Positions 63,064 to 64,000 of a DNA stretch of 64,000 nucleotides are shown here, in pieces. The notes under the pieces were generated by a model, which saw only the letters and a list, made by a program, of their open reading frames with translations, searched no databases and was not told where the DNA came from. A program made the translations under genes and the position numbers. Numbering within the stretch: the first letter of the stretch is position 1; each line of letters starts with the position of its first letter. The DNA lies in contig NC_042998.1 in assembly GCF_006345805.1 (NCBI RefSeq), positions 56,172,001 to 56,236,000 of the forward strand, given 5' to 3'. Source of the DNA: Octopus sinensis. Its lineage: Eukaryota.

Positions 63064-64000
63064 AACAAGTCAAAAATAGAAAATGCTAAGATGATTTTAT
63101 AGTGAATCTTTCAGTACTGGTTTCGGTCATTTTGAGACCTTTTCAACTGTAACGATTAAATAATTAAATTTTGAAAAATTTAGAAAAATTAGAAGAAAGG
63201 TTTTTTTAAAGGAATACTTCCATAGTAGTGTTCAGATATATGTGGCATTCTGCCTTTCTCTGACTCCCTTGTTTGCACTTGTGTATTCGAGGTCGTATAT
63301 ATATTATTGTCATGCTAGGGTTCCTAACAAAAATATTGAAATCAGTGCAACCAAAAAAAAAAAAAAAAAATTTCTGTTGAAGAACTATATTAAAATTATG
63401 AAAATCATAAGACAAAGACGTACTTTGAGGCTTTTACCCTCTGTCTTTATTGTTGATATTCGATAACGAATATTTCAGTTGGTAATAAGGGAAGCTTCAA
63501 GAAAGAATATTAGTACAATTCCAAAGAAGAGCATACTATTTGAAGACGATGTGTTAATTGCTAAGTAGCATAAACATTTGAATATTTTTCTCAGGGGTAT
63601 CACGTTTGTAAGCTTGCTACCACGTATTTAATCTCAAATATCTGGAGAAAATCGATTGTTTCAGCGTTTAGATAATAGAGAAGTTGATGTGTGTCGTGAT
63701 CTCCTAATGTGTTTTAATCTCTCCTAATCCATCTTTTCACCCGTATTATACACTTTTAAAGCAAATGGATTGTTTTATGTACATTAAATTATACGTGATG
63801 GTTAATTGAAGATGGTAACCGTCTCTCTCTCTCTCTACACACACACATATGCGCGCACGCACACACACGCATACATACATGTGTATATATATATATATGT
63901 ATATATATATATGTATACATGTGTATACATACATAAATATATGTGTGTATATTTGTATATCTGTCTGTTAGTCTGTCTCTGTCTTTCTGTCTTTCTGACT

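Overview
AT-rich, microsatellite-saturated eukaryotic DNA; the repeat families point to an octopus (coleoid cephalopod) genome (inference). Nearly all recognisable sequence is transposon-derived: three tRNA-derived SINE families, decayed R4/Dong-, HERO-, RTE- and CR1-type LINEs, Penelope-like element (PLE) ends, Tc1/mariner remnants, a TIR MITE family carrying (CCCTAA)n, a solo LTR and a small Helitron. No host gene can be named, though several low-confidence exon candidates and promoter-like motif clusters exist. Highlights: (1) three very divergent copies of a reverse-transcriptase-less retroposon encoding only a gag/ORF1-like protein with a CCHC knuckle and an unrecognised C-terminal domain, two of them bounded by 11-13 bp TSDs; (2) several minimal type I hammerhead ribozyme motifs from different families, including a GUC-site motif at 7203-7247 and a 299-bp tandem pair resembling a non-LTR retrozyme; (3) a tandem-plus-inverted amplification of a ~530-bp unit holding an E2F/CHR promoter-like region and a putative first exon. 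All alignments were done by eye; no database searches or folding programs were run.
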